A stretch of DNA of 64,000 nucleotides. It comes from Lingula anatina. Taxonomy: Eukaryota > Animalia > Brachiopoda. Position 1 is the first letter of the stretch, and every line of letters begins with the position of its first letter. The position numbers and the translations under genes were made by a program. The notes beneath the pieces were generated by a model. That model was not told the DNA's origin. It ran no database searches and saw only the letters and a program-made list of their open reading frames with translations. Below, piece by piece: positions 1 through 12,029 of the stretch. The stretch spans positions 33,052,401 through 33,116,400 of the forward strand of contig CM120641.1 of NCBI GenBank assembly GCA_051362555.1. Direction: 5' to 3'.

Positions 1-355
1 TTTAAAATTCATATGTCTAATTTCATATTTTTCGGTATGTGACATTTTTAAAAGAGTCCATTTTTATTGTTTTGTAAATAAAATATGTTTAAAATAATAT
101 GGGTTAAAAGCAATTTTGATATGTTTATGAGCAGACCTGCTACTGTCTCTGCTATAAGCAAAATAAATTGTTTGCAACACAAGGCTCCTCTCTTAGCAAA
201 TAATCTCTTTTATCTTCACATGAAGCTGAAATACAATCATTTGGCAAATAACCAATGTTGCTTATGAGTTAAACTTATATTTTTTTTTACTTTTTTCTGG
301 GAGGGGGGAGATGGGGAGAAGACTTAAGAATAAAGCCTCACAATGTATAGCTCAC

Positions 356-522
356 CGGATAACTGTCATCATTATTGGGATCCAATGGTTGCTTTAGCAC
401 CAGCCCTCTGTTTAAACTCTCCAGAGTGACCAGTCCACTAGGAGTATTCCCCACTGGTGACATTCCATCCAACTGGACATTGAAGGCTGTTGATGAAGGC
501 TGGAATCTCACTAACACAGCAC
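356..522 (-). CDS. Gene B exon, first cadherin repeat
   Basis: ttcaag|(G)AVLVRFQPSSTAFNVQLDGMSPVGNTPSGLVTLESLNRGLVLKQPLDPNNDDSYP|gtgag; the acceptor is weak but phase-compatible. Confidence 0.72.
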
Positions 523-2145
523 CTTGAATGTATAATGGTCATGGTTGGTGCTGTTGTTTCGATAGTCAGGGGTTATTCCACATTATTTTTTCTCATTGAC
601 TTCTTTTCCCTTTCCACTGTGGAACAGCCTGTTACATTAATCTAACATTATATCACTTATATGCTATTTCTTAAATGTCAACCTCTCCATAGAAATAAAA
701 TGTAATAGATATTTAAAACAAAATCTATAGAATTTTACTGGATGATTAAATGAAAAAAAAATCATTTTCATTCTTGGTTGGGCAAAAAGTCTTATTTATG
801 TTGCTAACATTTCAATGATTGCAATACTAGTTGTCTTGTAGACTGCAATAAGTAAATCTATAACAAGAATGGTGGGTTCTTAGAGCAGAAAATTTGTACA
901 GCTGTCAATCACAATTGGTACCATCAGGTACTTTTACACCAGTAAATTCATCTTTAAACATATAACATCATGTCATCTTCATTTTGGGGCCGTAGCGATA
1001 GTCCGAAGGTTCAATAGTCCGAAGGTTCATTGGTCCGAATGTTCACTATAGAACCTTCGGACCAATGAACCCTTGATTAAAAAATCGATAAAAATGTTAC
1101 CACTTTTCGGACCAATGAACCTTCGGACCAATGAACCTTCGGACTATCGAGACGCCCCCTTCATTTTACAACTATGATGCATTTGGTCAGGTTAAGTAAT
1201 TTTTCTCTTTCTTAACTAGATAGAAAAAGTAGATGCCAAAAGTGAAAGCTGATTTTGCATACAAATTAAGGTCTCGGCCCTCCTTGTGCCTGGTGCCAAA
1301 ACTGAGTGGAAGCCTCCATTTCTCAATCTCAGAACCCATTTATTTCTCATAAACCCTACCACAGATCAATTGAGGTGAATAAGGACACAAAATCCACATT
1401 AAAGTAAATATGAATTGTCTTACAAAACAATATACATTGACAGATAAGCTAAATTACTCATTATAATGAGATAATAAATGAGTTGATGAGCTGAGTTAAC
1501 TGCTGTGAACTCAGGTGAGTTATCCTGTGACCTGATTAATCATCTCTCCCCTTGACTAAATGTCAGTTCCGGCAAAGCCACTAAGTATCTTTTAAAATTG
1601 TTAAAACAAACTGTTTTAGATTGATGTGAGTTTATCAATCCAGGTAGATTTATCAATAACTTCAGTAGGTTAAACTTTATAAACTATGGACAAAAACCAA
1701 AATCATCCAGTGTAAACAGTGTTTAATTCTTACAACACCAATTTTGATACATGATAGTGACCACGCAACACAGTTTTCTCACCTATCTTGTGGTAATGGT
1801 AATTAAATTTACTCACCAACCCTTGAATTTTCAGGGACCTGTTCAACTCCAAGTTCTGGTCTTGAGTACATGACCTCAATGCACTGACCATCTGAAACCC
1901 CCAAAAAAGTGTAACTTCTTAAATTTGATAACATAACCAGTTTTCTTTTACACTATGTATACAATTACAGTGTTTGTGCAGTGAGTTTCCCTTGTAGTAA
2001 AATGCATTTTTCCATAAAGAGAAAAACCATGAAAATTTTAATCAAAAATAAAAATTGCAAATAAATTGAAGACAAACAAAATAACCTTACCTGCTTTAAA
2101 AAATAAGGTAATAAACATTCCAATGATAAACAGTTGTTTCCACAT
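356..2145 (-). CDS. Gene B: second cadherin-related gene (tandem paralog), 5' part only; continues beyond the left edge
   Basis: Exons 2145-2091, 1891-1817 and 522-356 splice in frame to MWKQLFIIGMFITLFFKA-DGQCIEVMYSRPELGVEQVPENSRV-GAVLVRFQPSS...LVLKQPLDPNNDDSYP; signal peptide, VPEN cadherin motif, and the same phase-0 donor position as gene A exon 11797. Confidence 0.78.
986..1158. mobile_element. Mutator-like (9-bp TSD) foldback MITE in gene B intron
   Basis: GGGG...CCCC ends, inverted arrays of a 15-bp unit (tccgaaggttcattg / caatgaaccttcgga), exact direct repeat CTTCATTTT at 977-985 and 1159-1167. Confidence 0.85.
1817..1891 (-). CDS. Gene B exon (75 nt)
   Basis: tttcag|(D)GQCIEVMYSRPELGVEQVPENSRV(G)|gtgagt. 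Confidence 0.8.
2091..2145 (-). CDS. Gene B signal-peptide exon
   Basis: ATG at 2145, MWKQLFIIGMFITLFFKA, CAG|gtaagg phase 1. Confidence 0.78.
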
Positions 2146-3232
2146 CTTCAGTGTGCACAGCTATATCCAAGTTTGTATTTGTCAACTTTTTAAAAACCTG
2201 CAGCTGAGAACCCTATAATCCTGAATCCTAAAATGAAACAAAAACAAAACTTTAAAAACTCCCAATCATGAGCAAAAACTGCAGTACATCCAACTTGAAA
2301 AAGAGCAACACTTGAGACAACGTTTGATGTTTGGAAGCTGTCAGAATATTTGCCTGGTTGGTGGTTCACAAAACAAAAAGCATCCTTACACAGATATATC
2401 CAACACGGTCTTGATGAACTTGTACACCTCACGGACTTCAGGGCAGCAATGTCAGCCACTCCTGTTATGTCTCCTGCCTACGCTGTATGTAAATAAGAGA
2501 TCAAATCCAGGCAAGGACACTTTTATATCACATCTATTTTTATTTTCTCTCTCGGACAATGAGACAACAGAAGTCTTTATGCTGGCTTCCTGATGCAGAT
2601 TTCTCCAGACATGCAACCCAGAAGCCAAGCTACGCATGGACCCCATTAAATGGACGTCAAGAGATAATGCTGATTTGCTTTGTCATGCAAACAATGGGGA
2701 TTTTTTTTACCATTTTTGGACAGGATATTTTAGATGATGGAGTTTCTTCTTTTTATAATCTAATATGAAGATTGAGCATGAATACGTGTATGCTGAGGGA
2801 TAAGCTTGAAGTTTTTGAATGTTAAAGATTTTAAATTGCTGGCAGAGTTTAAATGTATCAAACTCAATTATAGGCCACTTGTTTTCACATTTTGCATGCA
2901 GCTCAACTTACATAATGCACAAATTGAATATGTTCTTGTCATATGTGAACTATAATATTAAAGAAACGAAATTTCCAATCTTCAAAAGTGATCCATACTC
3001 AAGCTAAAAGGGTCAAATAAAAAGAGTTGTTTTCACGAAAGTTCAAATAGATATAAATTTCCCAAGCCATCCATCTGCATTCAATATATCTTTCAATCTG
3101 TGGGAAAAGAATGCAAGGCGACAGTCACATTAAGACCTTCAAAAAGTATAGATACTGCACGGCACCAAATATGATAAACATCCTCACTGTCCACTTATAT
3201 AGCTGATACAATGAGATGATCCCTGGAGATGA

Positions 3233-3234
<2 letters not shown>

Positions 3235-3278
<44 letters not shown>
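3235..3278. repeat. (TA)n microsatellite
   Basis: Perfect TA run. Confidence 0.98.
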
Positions 3279-3282
<4 letters not shown>

Positions 3283-4274
3283 GGGGGTACTTCATCATAC
3301 GGTTCCAGCTCTCTGTGAATCACTCACGCATCAGATCTTCATCGCACCAAACTGTTGTTTTCTACATTAAGATGAGTCAATTGTCCATCTGGTCTCTGGT
3401 CTAAGTGGTCAGTGGTCAGATAGATCACTGTACACACCCAGTCTAACCAGCTATAATGGTAATGGTTTTCTGCATACTGGTGCGATGTGGAGAGATAATG
3501 TGGGAAAGCTTGACAAAGTTTTGTAAATAACCAATAAACATAAATAAAACTTTGACACCTAGATTTTTTTCACACGAGTGGATTATTTGAATGTTTTTAA
3601 ATGGGATTTCAGTTTTTTTTTGCTTAATACTGCAGAGTGAGAGGCATTCAAGTCTACTTAAAATTATTGTTCACTATATTTCATCAGAAATCTGCAAAGG
3701 TTTTCCATTTAAATTTGGTTTATCATGTGACCTGCTAACCAAAGTCAACAAACAACAATATTTATGAGAAATTCATAAAAAAACAATTCTTCAATTTCAA
3801 TTTCTTTAACCTTACCTGTATAATAATTTTATTCCTTATTATAAGAAGGACGTCTTTCCAAAGCAATAAAAGCATACAGAGGTTTCTTGCCTTTAAATCA
3901 ATAAAATAATTTATAGAATCAAACTTACAAAAATACTTGCCTTGCTGAAGTTCCTTTTGAAATCTCTGCAGCAAATATAATGCTCTCCTCTTTCAGAATA
4001 CTAAAACTTAAATCCCCTGTTGTGTCACTGAGCACAATTAGGTAGTATATGACTGACCCAGGCAGAATATTCATCACAGGTAGCAGGTAATATTAAATTC
4101 AAGATTCTATCTAATTGGGTGACACCACATGCAATGCACATGTATAAGAATTAAGATAATGATAGGACATCTACAACAGAATTTCCCTTATTCTATGAAG
4201 ACACTGTTTATTAAGGATATACACACTGTAAATTTTTAAGCACCTGCTAAAAAGCAGGAAGAGTTTACTCAAAG

Positions 4275-4277
<3 letters not shown>

Positions 4278-4350
<73 letters not shown>
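4278..4350. repeat. Compound (GT)n(GA)n microsatellite
   Basis: GT run directly followed by GA run. Confidence 0.98.
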
Positions 4351-4353
<3 letters not shown>

Positions 4354-5180
4354 AGAATTATCAAGGGCAGTTTTTGCCAATGTTGCCTTCACATAAAATA
4401 TCCTAGCCGTTCATCCCATTTCTATGTAACACATACAAATATGTGTAACACATACAAAATAAATGTTTATATACATGTAACACTCCAAAATGGTCTTAGT
4501 TGGTTTGCAAGAGGAAAGTCCAAAATAATATCCTAACTTCCAAAGAATTTCAGTGATTCTATACAAATCATTTATACCATATAAAGAATATTTTACGAAA
4601 AAGAAAACTTCTATACTACATGTAATTGCAGATTAATTGATCATAAAGTTAATGGGTCAGAAAAGTACATTTTCTTTTTAAAATAATTGCTCTAGTGGTT
4701 CATTGGTCTACATGCATGGCTAATAGACAAAAAGACTCACTGATACATTCAAGAAGTAGTGATGTAATGTGCACCTATCTACAAAATGAATGAGATAATG
4801 ATTTAAGTTAAGTTCAACATTTAAGCACCTTTGGATTTGGATTATGCCTTCAAAACAGATGGTACAAAATAACAAAACAATTACATCATATAAACACTTA
4901 AATATCTTCTATTAGCCAAGTTAATAACATACTGTAAGATGATCGATTACAGTAAATTATCTAAAGTCAATATCAATAGGGCAGAAAATAGAGTTAAAAA
5001 AAATAAATAAAAATGTCAATAAACTTGTCAGTTGATAAATTGTTATAGAAAAAGTGCTATCTATTTATTTTATTTTCCAAACAAACCAAGCTCCTGAATC
5101 CTTCATATGCCTGCTTACACAATGCAAATTACAAACCACAAATGAACATTTAATTTAATTTAATCTGTCTTTTATATCTG

Positions 5181-5319
5181 TCATTTTTTACTTGGTGACT
5201 GACTTAAGAATAACTTGTATCGCGTTGAATTCCATTTGTCTCTTTGATATGTCCGTGGCTTGGCCTCCTCTAAATCATATGTGTCCAACATGTACTTGGT
5301 GCCCACCCGAGAACGACTC
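5181..5319 (-). CDS. Gene A last coding exon, cytoplasmic tail
   Basis: tttttaag|(R)SRSRVGTKYMLDTYDLEEAKPRTYQRDKWNSTRYKLFLSQSPSKK*; phase 2 matches the preceding donor. Confidence 0.8.
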
Positions 5320-8300
5320 CTTAAAAAAAAAATAAACACAGATGTTAAAAGGCACGATTCCACATAACTCCATACATACACAATTTCATTTAATGTTTGT
5401 ATCAATAAATATAAGAAAAAAAGGAAAAATGCACATATATTATAGAGTTGAAAAACATCCCTTTTGATTTTTAAAAAAAATTTGTGTTTACAGGCATGTC
5501 AACCTCACTAAATTATATAAAGAGCACTTCTGATTTTATATCTGAACAAAGCAGCAATACCTTCTTGTGCACTTTCAATAGATATCTCACCAGAATCAGT
5601 TAATTTCATCAGTTATTTACATGTACTATGTAGTAGATACTTTAAGCCACCTTTTCTCACCTGACGAAAAAAGCTGCAAGAAGCAGGCCAATGGCCAGCA
5701 CAGCAACGACAGCCCCAACAGAGAGTTTTACAGCCCAGGAGTTTGTTGACATCTCTTGGCTGTCTGCACCAGCAGGATTCCCCACAACACCCTCAGTTGT
5801 TCCCAGAGTCACCTGCTTTGACATTTCTGTTGTGTTGGGAAAATCTTTCCATATATGAGTTGTTAATTTTGTGGAATTCATTATGACTGTTTCATTTGAG
5901 ACACTGGAAATGGTACTGTTAAAGTCTCCTTGGGGAGTTTCAGTCACATTATTGTTTGTAACAACGACAGAAGAAAAAGTTGTGCCAGTTGCTTCAGACC
6001 CATTCTGTCCAGTAAAACCAGGATTGAATGATTCAGTTACCCCTGTGCCTGTGACATTCTGGTCAGTGAAACTACTGGAAGTGTAATTCTTTATTTGTGG
6101 TGTTCCTGTGCCGTTCCTGTGTTCATTACTGTCTTCAGTGGTGCCACCTGGAGGCCATTTGCTGGGACCCGTCTCCATGGTTACAGCTGTGTTGGGTGTG
6201 CTGTTATAATTGTGTTTGGTTGTGCCTATGACTGCTGTGTTAGCTGTGACAGTCAGAATGCTAGAATATGATATCGTAGGGGAATCAGAAAGATTTGTAT
6301 TATGCATGATATCAGTTGTTTGTGTTGTAATATCTCCAGGGTTTGGTGAACCAGATAAATTGGTATTTCTTGTGGCAGCACTTGTTGTCACTCCCCCAGA
6401 ACTCAAAGGTGTAGTCACACTTGATATAAATGAACTAAAAGTGGCTGTTCCATCTGTTGCGGGGGTAACTGTATTACCAGAACTGCCTGTGTTAAGGGTT
6501 CCATCAGGAACCAAAGGTTGTGTACCAGCAGACGTAGTTGTTCTACTTGTAGCATTGCCGCTTGCCATTGTTGTTTCCAAAATGTCACTAGTATTCGAGG
6601 TGGTTCCAGCATCAGTAGCCCCTGACACTGAAGATATGTTGGTGGATGTTGGAGTTATTGATGTAGAGTTGTAGTCACCAGTAGCACTGGTGTATAGTGA
6701 TATTCCCCCAGGTCTAGTTAACCCAGGGCTCACTGTCGTGGGAGTGTGTGCATGCTCTGTGACATAGATGATAACACTAGCAACAGCATATTTGTCAGAG
6801 TTATCCTCTTGGTATCCCTGAAGTATGAAGTGTTTAGAATTCAATAAATATGGTCTCATGTTAATCATTATCAATTAATAGCAAAAAAAAAAAAAAAGAT
6901 TAGGGTGAAGGATGACAAGAAAAACCAGATAAATTAAAGGGATAACAACTGTTCTATAATATATATATATAATGGTATATGCCAATTATACACATAAATT
7001 CTGACAATCTCAAAGTCCAATTTTGTAAACACGCTTTGTTATACTGTTGATAACACAATAAGCATTAGATAAACACATTTTGAAAACAATTAGTTTTGTT
7101 TGTCTAAAAAAGGGGTAATGTACCGGGCAGATTGAGGCTGTCTTCTGGGTCTTCCAGAAGACGATCAGATTTTCAAGTTTGCATTCACAGGTATCTAATT
7201 ATTTCTGTCGGAAGATGGTCAAAAGTAGAGGATAGATGAACAAAGATAATTTGGAAGACTGTCAGAAAATATATCTGGATCTTCCCCTGATTTATGTATA
7301 CCTTAAGTCTCAAGTTAATGTTTGCACTCTCTGTGTCCAGTGGCCTAAGTAACTGCAGATGACCAGTTGATGAATTGATCTGGAAATAATCTTTGCCAGA
7401 AGCAGGATATGCTAAAACAAAAGACAAAACAAAAAAATCATAAAAGAAAGAATATGCATTTTTAATTTGTATGGAAATATGAAATATAACAACTATGTAG
7501 CACATGGGTAGAAAATCAATTGTAAATGTTCCAGTAAAAAATAATTAATTTGCAAGCTGCCTTATACTTACAACTTAAACTTACACGAGTCTATGCTGTA
7601 CAGCACTGTCATATTTATCCCCAAATCCTGATCAAAGGCTCTGATTGGTTCAGGTAGAATAAGTAAATCTACTCCCACAACTGAGGCATCCTGAAACACA
7701 TATGTACATACCAGGTATTCATATTTAACTACAGACAATGATACACACAAGAAAGCAGCATTATACATCTGTACCATTAAATATAATGCTTTGGAAGATG
7801 TAGGCAGAAAATCAGAGTTGTATCCTTATTTGAAAACAAAATACTTCCCAACACCTTAAATTCAACATATTAAATGGTATGTTGGTATGTATGTAATATC
7901 AAAAATAACACATTACTGATGAAAAATAAGAATAAAAAAAATGTCTCACATTTGCTGGCAGGCTTAAGTGATAGAAATCCTTCTCAAACTTTGGAGACTT
8001 GTCATCCCAGTCCAGAACCTGTACTATGACAGTAGCATTGGCAGTCAAAGGATCTCCACTGCTACCATCATCCTGAAACATACACAATGTCAAATTAAGT
8101 TTAGAAGGTAGCAATATAAGGGACCATTCCCAGTCCCTATCATACTAACTGTGGATCAATCTATCTCCAAGGGGATTCTCATGAAATTGCAATCAACTTA
8201 AGCAGCTTAGATGTCTGTCAAACCTACTGAAGCTGCTAGGGGGGAATTAATTATTGTTTAGCAGCTTTAGTAGGTGTGTCAGACATCTAAGCCACTTAAG

Positions 8301-11300
8301 CTAAAAGCAATTTAGCGAGAAACCCCATGGAGATGGACCTATCCTGTTTGATCGATCTAGGTATGAAAACTTAGTACCCCACTGTCCTTTAACTGCAATA
8401 TCATAATAACAAATAATTATCAACCAATCATGGTAATTTCACCATGTTAATTTGCATAAAACCAGGGCCATAGCCTGAGCAAAATCCCAGGGGGGGCAGT
8501 AAGCGGACAAGAGGGGGCGAAGCCCCCAAGGGGGGAGGGTGTGGGAGGGGGTTTCCCCCTCCCTTGGTGTGGAAAATTTTTAAAAACTGTATGTATAACA
8601 CTGCATTCTGGTGCATTTTAACTGTTATTTATTGCTCAATCAGAAGTAAGAAATTGTGGGTTCATTTTGCCATAAGTACAGTCATTTTTTCAACACAACA
8701 TGCCCATTGGACTTCATTTCGTAGATTGTCTCAGGATCAGGAATAACGTTTCTTCCTCTGTGGACAAGACAGAGAGCCAATCCGCTAAGGCGTGCCTCTG
8801 CCATGCTACAAGTGCGTGTCCACGGTTTCAGACGACGGAGGGCTGAAAATGATCTCTCGCATGCAACACTCCCATTGGTGTTGCAAGGAAGATTGTAAAG
8901 ATCCTACGAAGTGCAGGGAAATAAACAATAACCTGATAACAGCTTGGGGGATAGCACCCTAAGGGAGGGTGAGCTTTCTGGCATGAACTGAGTTGGCTAA
9001 AAACAGTACACCTTTGTAAACAGATTGTTGAATGATTGTCTAGTGGCCATGAGTACATTTTCTAACAGAATTGATACCAACTTTGCAATTATTATTCTTT
9101 TACCTCTGCGATTGTTTTTTTTTTTTTTTTTTTTTTTTGGACCTCAAATCCCAGGGGGGGCAGCTGCCCCCCCTGCCCCCCGGAGGCTATGGCCCTGAAA
9201 ACAATGTTAGACATACTTTCATACTTGGTGAAATCCCTTTTTATTGCTTGAATTTTCTTTTGTGAATACTTTTCCTAGAAAATTAAACATTTTGCTATAT
9301 AAATGTCCAATTTATAACTTTTACTTACAACTGCCTGAACAATAAGTGTAAAATGTCTCCTTCCAGTCTCATAATCTAAAGCATGATTTAGGAATAAGTC
9401 GCCATTGACAACAGGTGTTCCTATCCTAAAGAAACCATCTCCATCATCCTGTGAAAAAATGTGCAGTTTTTACTTTAAAAAAGTAGTAAACAGCAAAACT
9501 GATAGTTAATGAATTGCATAAGCTAAATATTTCCTATGATCAAACCATTTCAAAGGGATAAAAGGGACAAATGTAATCCTTAGCTAAATGAAAAGTTTGA
9601 AGCAAACTTGCTGCAAACTAAAAGTGGCAAGGAGTTTTCAAGAAAAATTTATATTGTTGCAAATTTACAAGAAAAAATTTACAAGAACATGAACATTCTT
9701 TTGCAAATGCAAAGAGTTTGACAGGCCTGATATTCCTAAGGGAGTGACTAAAAGGGAGTGATGAATTCTAAAATGTCCTATCCTTAATGCATATCCTAAT
9801 GCAAAGCATCAAAAGGTTCTTAAACATGAAATCAGTTTATTTTCAAATCTGTATTTATTACTATAATTAAAAAAATAAAATGCCTTCTTTGCTATCCCAT
9901 AATTGAAATAGGTACAGAATTGCTTGTAAATAAAAATGTATGCTGACTCTTTACACATAATATTAAGGATAATCAGTCTTACTGAATATTTGTTATATAT
10001 TTTTATTCCTAAGGCCATAATAATTATAACAGGCAATATTTCTTGACATTGTTTGAGTAATTTCATTAGTGGTGTAATATAATAAAAGTTGCCTTGGTTG
10101 CTCAAATCTCGAACAACCAATATTCTGTTGTTGCCTCTTTTCTTAATATGAATGGGACTATAAATATTTGTAGTAATCTGGGTTGGAGGAGACATAAATT
10201 CTTTTTTTATTGATAAAACACTTTTACCAGCAAACCACAGAACTAAACCAAATGCTCACCAACAGTCGGAACTCTCTTATTTGACCTTGTACATCAGGGT
10301 CTTCAGCTCTAGATCCAAATGTAAAGATCTTCTCTCCTAATCCATGATGCTAAAAATATGATAAAAATATTATTAAACCTCAGGGGGAAATAGTAACCCT
10401 TTTATCACATGGTTAATTCTTGCAAAAGGCAAATGATTAAAAAATGTAGAAGGAGAGTACAATAGTAAAGTTTTTTCTCTGTCTTGGGGTGGTTTGGGAA
10501 ATGTAAGTTGGTAGTGTACCAAACTAACCTCTGACACATTAACATGATACACAAGCTGTGTGAACCTGGGCGGGTTGTCATTGATATCCGCTATGACAAA
10601 TCTGATATCAACTCTCTGAAATAAGTAAATGAAACATCAAAGGTAAACTAAGTAAAGGGTAAAAAAATTAAATATTCTATTTAAGTATCTCAAACATCAA
10701 AATGAAAAAATTAACATAAAAATATCAATATAATGTTAGTAAGTCTGAAATAAGTCAAAAAAGCAATAAAAAAATTAATTCAAAAAAGAGCAATCCAACT
10801 TCTATGTACTATACCATACAAATGTTATGGTAATAGAACAAACTGAATATATAATAGTGAGTGACAAATGTTTACAAAGAATTCGAAGTTCTGCCCTTTC
10901 ATTTATACATAAAATGTAATGTAAATTTTAACTAATCAATTGAAAAAAAATTCACCCCTGGAATGTCAGGTCCACCATGTTTGTATTTGCATTTCAGGGT
11001 AAATGGATGACTCAGCTGAAATAAAAAAAAAACAGAAAACATTTGATAACTCATATATTGTCACACATGCCACTTTTATGATTCATTATCAAGTATGCTG
11101 TTTATTGTTGATACAGGTAGTTCATTACTTCTTTACTTTAACCTTTCCAAAGTCTTTGTTATTACATTAATCCATCCTGATCCTATCTAATAGTGAACTT
11201 GCTTAATATAGTTTTAATGAAATGATGTTGACTTAGTGTACATGGTATAAAATATGTTATTTATCCTTTTTCTTTAAATTTCTCTTTAATTTTACTTGTC

Positions 11301-12029
11301 AACACCTTTCTTTCACAAAACACACACCATGATGCATAAAATTAAGTGACAAGACAAAGAATGCTTGTCAATTAAGCCCAAATTTTTTATGATACATCCC
11401 ATCATGATCATTTACTTTAAATGTAATATAATTAATTTGTCACAAAAGACAGAATAATCAATTTACCTATCATGCAAGTAATAATAACAATCAGTTCTGA
11501 AAATATAACAACCTATTCTTTTAAATGTGTTTTCAATTAGGTGCACTACAGAATTTGCCAGCCAAAATGAATTTTCCTTAGGAAAAAAAAGAATATTCTC
11601 CTCACTCACAAATCATTATTGAACCAGTTCCTTTACTTGGATTTCAGGTTTTATTTCCTATTGACATAAGTTCTAAATGACTGGTCAGTACTGTACAGTA
11701 CATCTCAGAAGGAACTATCAAAAACAACACAGAGAATATGACTTTAGAAAATTTTCAAATGTGTACAGTACTTCTTTAAGTGAATCAATGACTTACATCA
11801 GTCATGTTTTCTGCATCTATGGCATGTTTAAGAACAAATGCTCTTCTACTTATGTTCAAGCTGACAAATCCATTAGCAGGCTCTAGGCACTCAATAACAA
11901 TATCAGTGACTCCAGTAATGGAAGAATTTGTGAAATTCAGCAGCACAGTGCCAGGCTGGGTGTCCTCTCTTATTGTGACAACAGCTGGCAAATCTCCACA
12001 AAAAGTTGGTATCGGGATGTTCTGGGCAT
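5181..12029 (-). CDS. Gene A: cadherin-related type I membrane protein with mucin-like stalk (CDHR5/mucin-protocadherin-like architecture), spliced, 5' exon not located
   Basis: Exons 12029-11797, 11015-10956, 10615-10529, 10349-10260, 9448-9329, 8072-7950, 7690-7585, 7411-7302, 6817-5661, 5319-5181 are all AG/GT-bounded and join in one frame (~740 aa). Ca-binding motifs DINDNPP, AEDPD, LDYE, DWDDKSP, AFDQD; S/T-rich stalk; TM; stop at 5181. Confidence 0.88.
5661..6817 (-). CDS. Gene A large exon: end of EC3, mucin-like S/T stalk and transmembrane helix
   Basis: ttcag|GYQEDNSDKYAVASVIIYV..., ~340 aa rich in Thr/Ser/Gly/Asn with many N-x-S/T sequons, TM LSVGAVVAVLAIGLLLAAFFV, then |gtgag (phase 2). 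Confidence 0.92.
7302..7411 (-). CDS. Gene A exon, EC3
   Basis: tttag|(S)YPASGKDYFQINSSTGHLQLLRPLDTESANINLRLK|gtata, phase 1/0. Confidence 0.88.
7585..7690 (-). CDS. Gene A exon, EC3
   Basis: ttcag|DASVVGVDLLILPEPIRAFDQDLGINMTVLYSIDS|gtaagt, ends phase 1. Confidence 0.9.
7950..8072 (-). CDS. Gene A exon, EC2-EC3 linker
   Basis: ttcag|DDGSSGDPLTANATVIVQVLDWDDKSPKFEKDFYHLSLPAN|gtgag. Confidence 0.9.
8120..8380 (+). mobile_element. Palindromic MITE-like element, copy 1 (possibly PIF/Harbinger type)
   Basis: Internally inverted arms (cttagatgtctgtcaaacctactgaagctgct / agcagctttagtaggtgtgtcagacatctaag); a diverged inverted copy lies at 60982-61200; the GGG terminus abuts TAA. Confidence 0.65.
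8463..9197. mobile_element. Non-autonomous hAT-like DNA transposon in gene A intron
   Basis: 13-bp TIR CAGGGCCATAGCC / GGCTATGGCCCTG; subterminal direct repeat aaatcccagggggggcag near both ends; only a 5-bp flank match (AAAAC) remains. Confidence 0.7.
9329..9448 (-). CDS. Gene A exon, EC2
   Basis: cacag|DDGDGFFRIGTPVVNGDLFLNHALDYETGRRHFTLIVQAV|gtaagt; LDYE motif. Confidence 0.9.
10260..10349 (-). CDS. Gene A exon, EC2
   Basis: tttag|HHGLGEKIFTFGSRAEDPDVQGQIREFRLL|gtgag; AxDxD motif. Confidence 0.88.
10529..10615 (-). CDS. Gene A exon, EC1-EC2 linker
   Basis: ttcag|RVDIRFVIADINDNPPRFTQLVYHVNVSE|gttagt; canonical DxNDNxP motif. Confidence 0.9.
10956..11015 (-). CDS. Gene A exon (60 nt)
   Basis: tttcag|LSHPFTLKCKYKHGGPDIPG|gtgaa, phase 0/0. 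Confidence 0.75.
11797..12029 (-). CDS. Gene A exon, first cadherin repeat N-half
   Basis: tgcag| (phase 1) AQNIPIPTFCGDLPAVVTIREDTQPGTVLLNF...VLKHAIDAENMTD |gtaagt. Confidence 0.85.

Noticed and set aside
2190-3404. Short ORFs between genes A and B
   Set aside because: No recognisable domain, splice context or consistent frame; one spans a TA microsatellite.
4171-4536. ORFs over the (GT)n(GA)n repeat (likewise 61135-61380)
   Set aside because: Microsatellite translation artefacts.
5871-6674. Plus-strand Val-rich ORFs
   Set aside because: Antisense shadow of the Thr-rich mucin exon.
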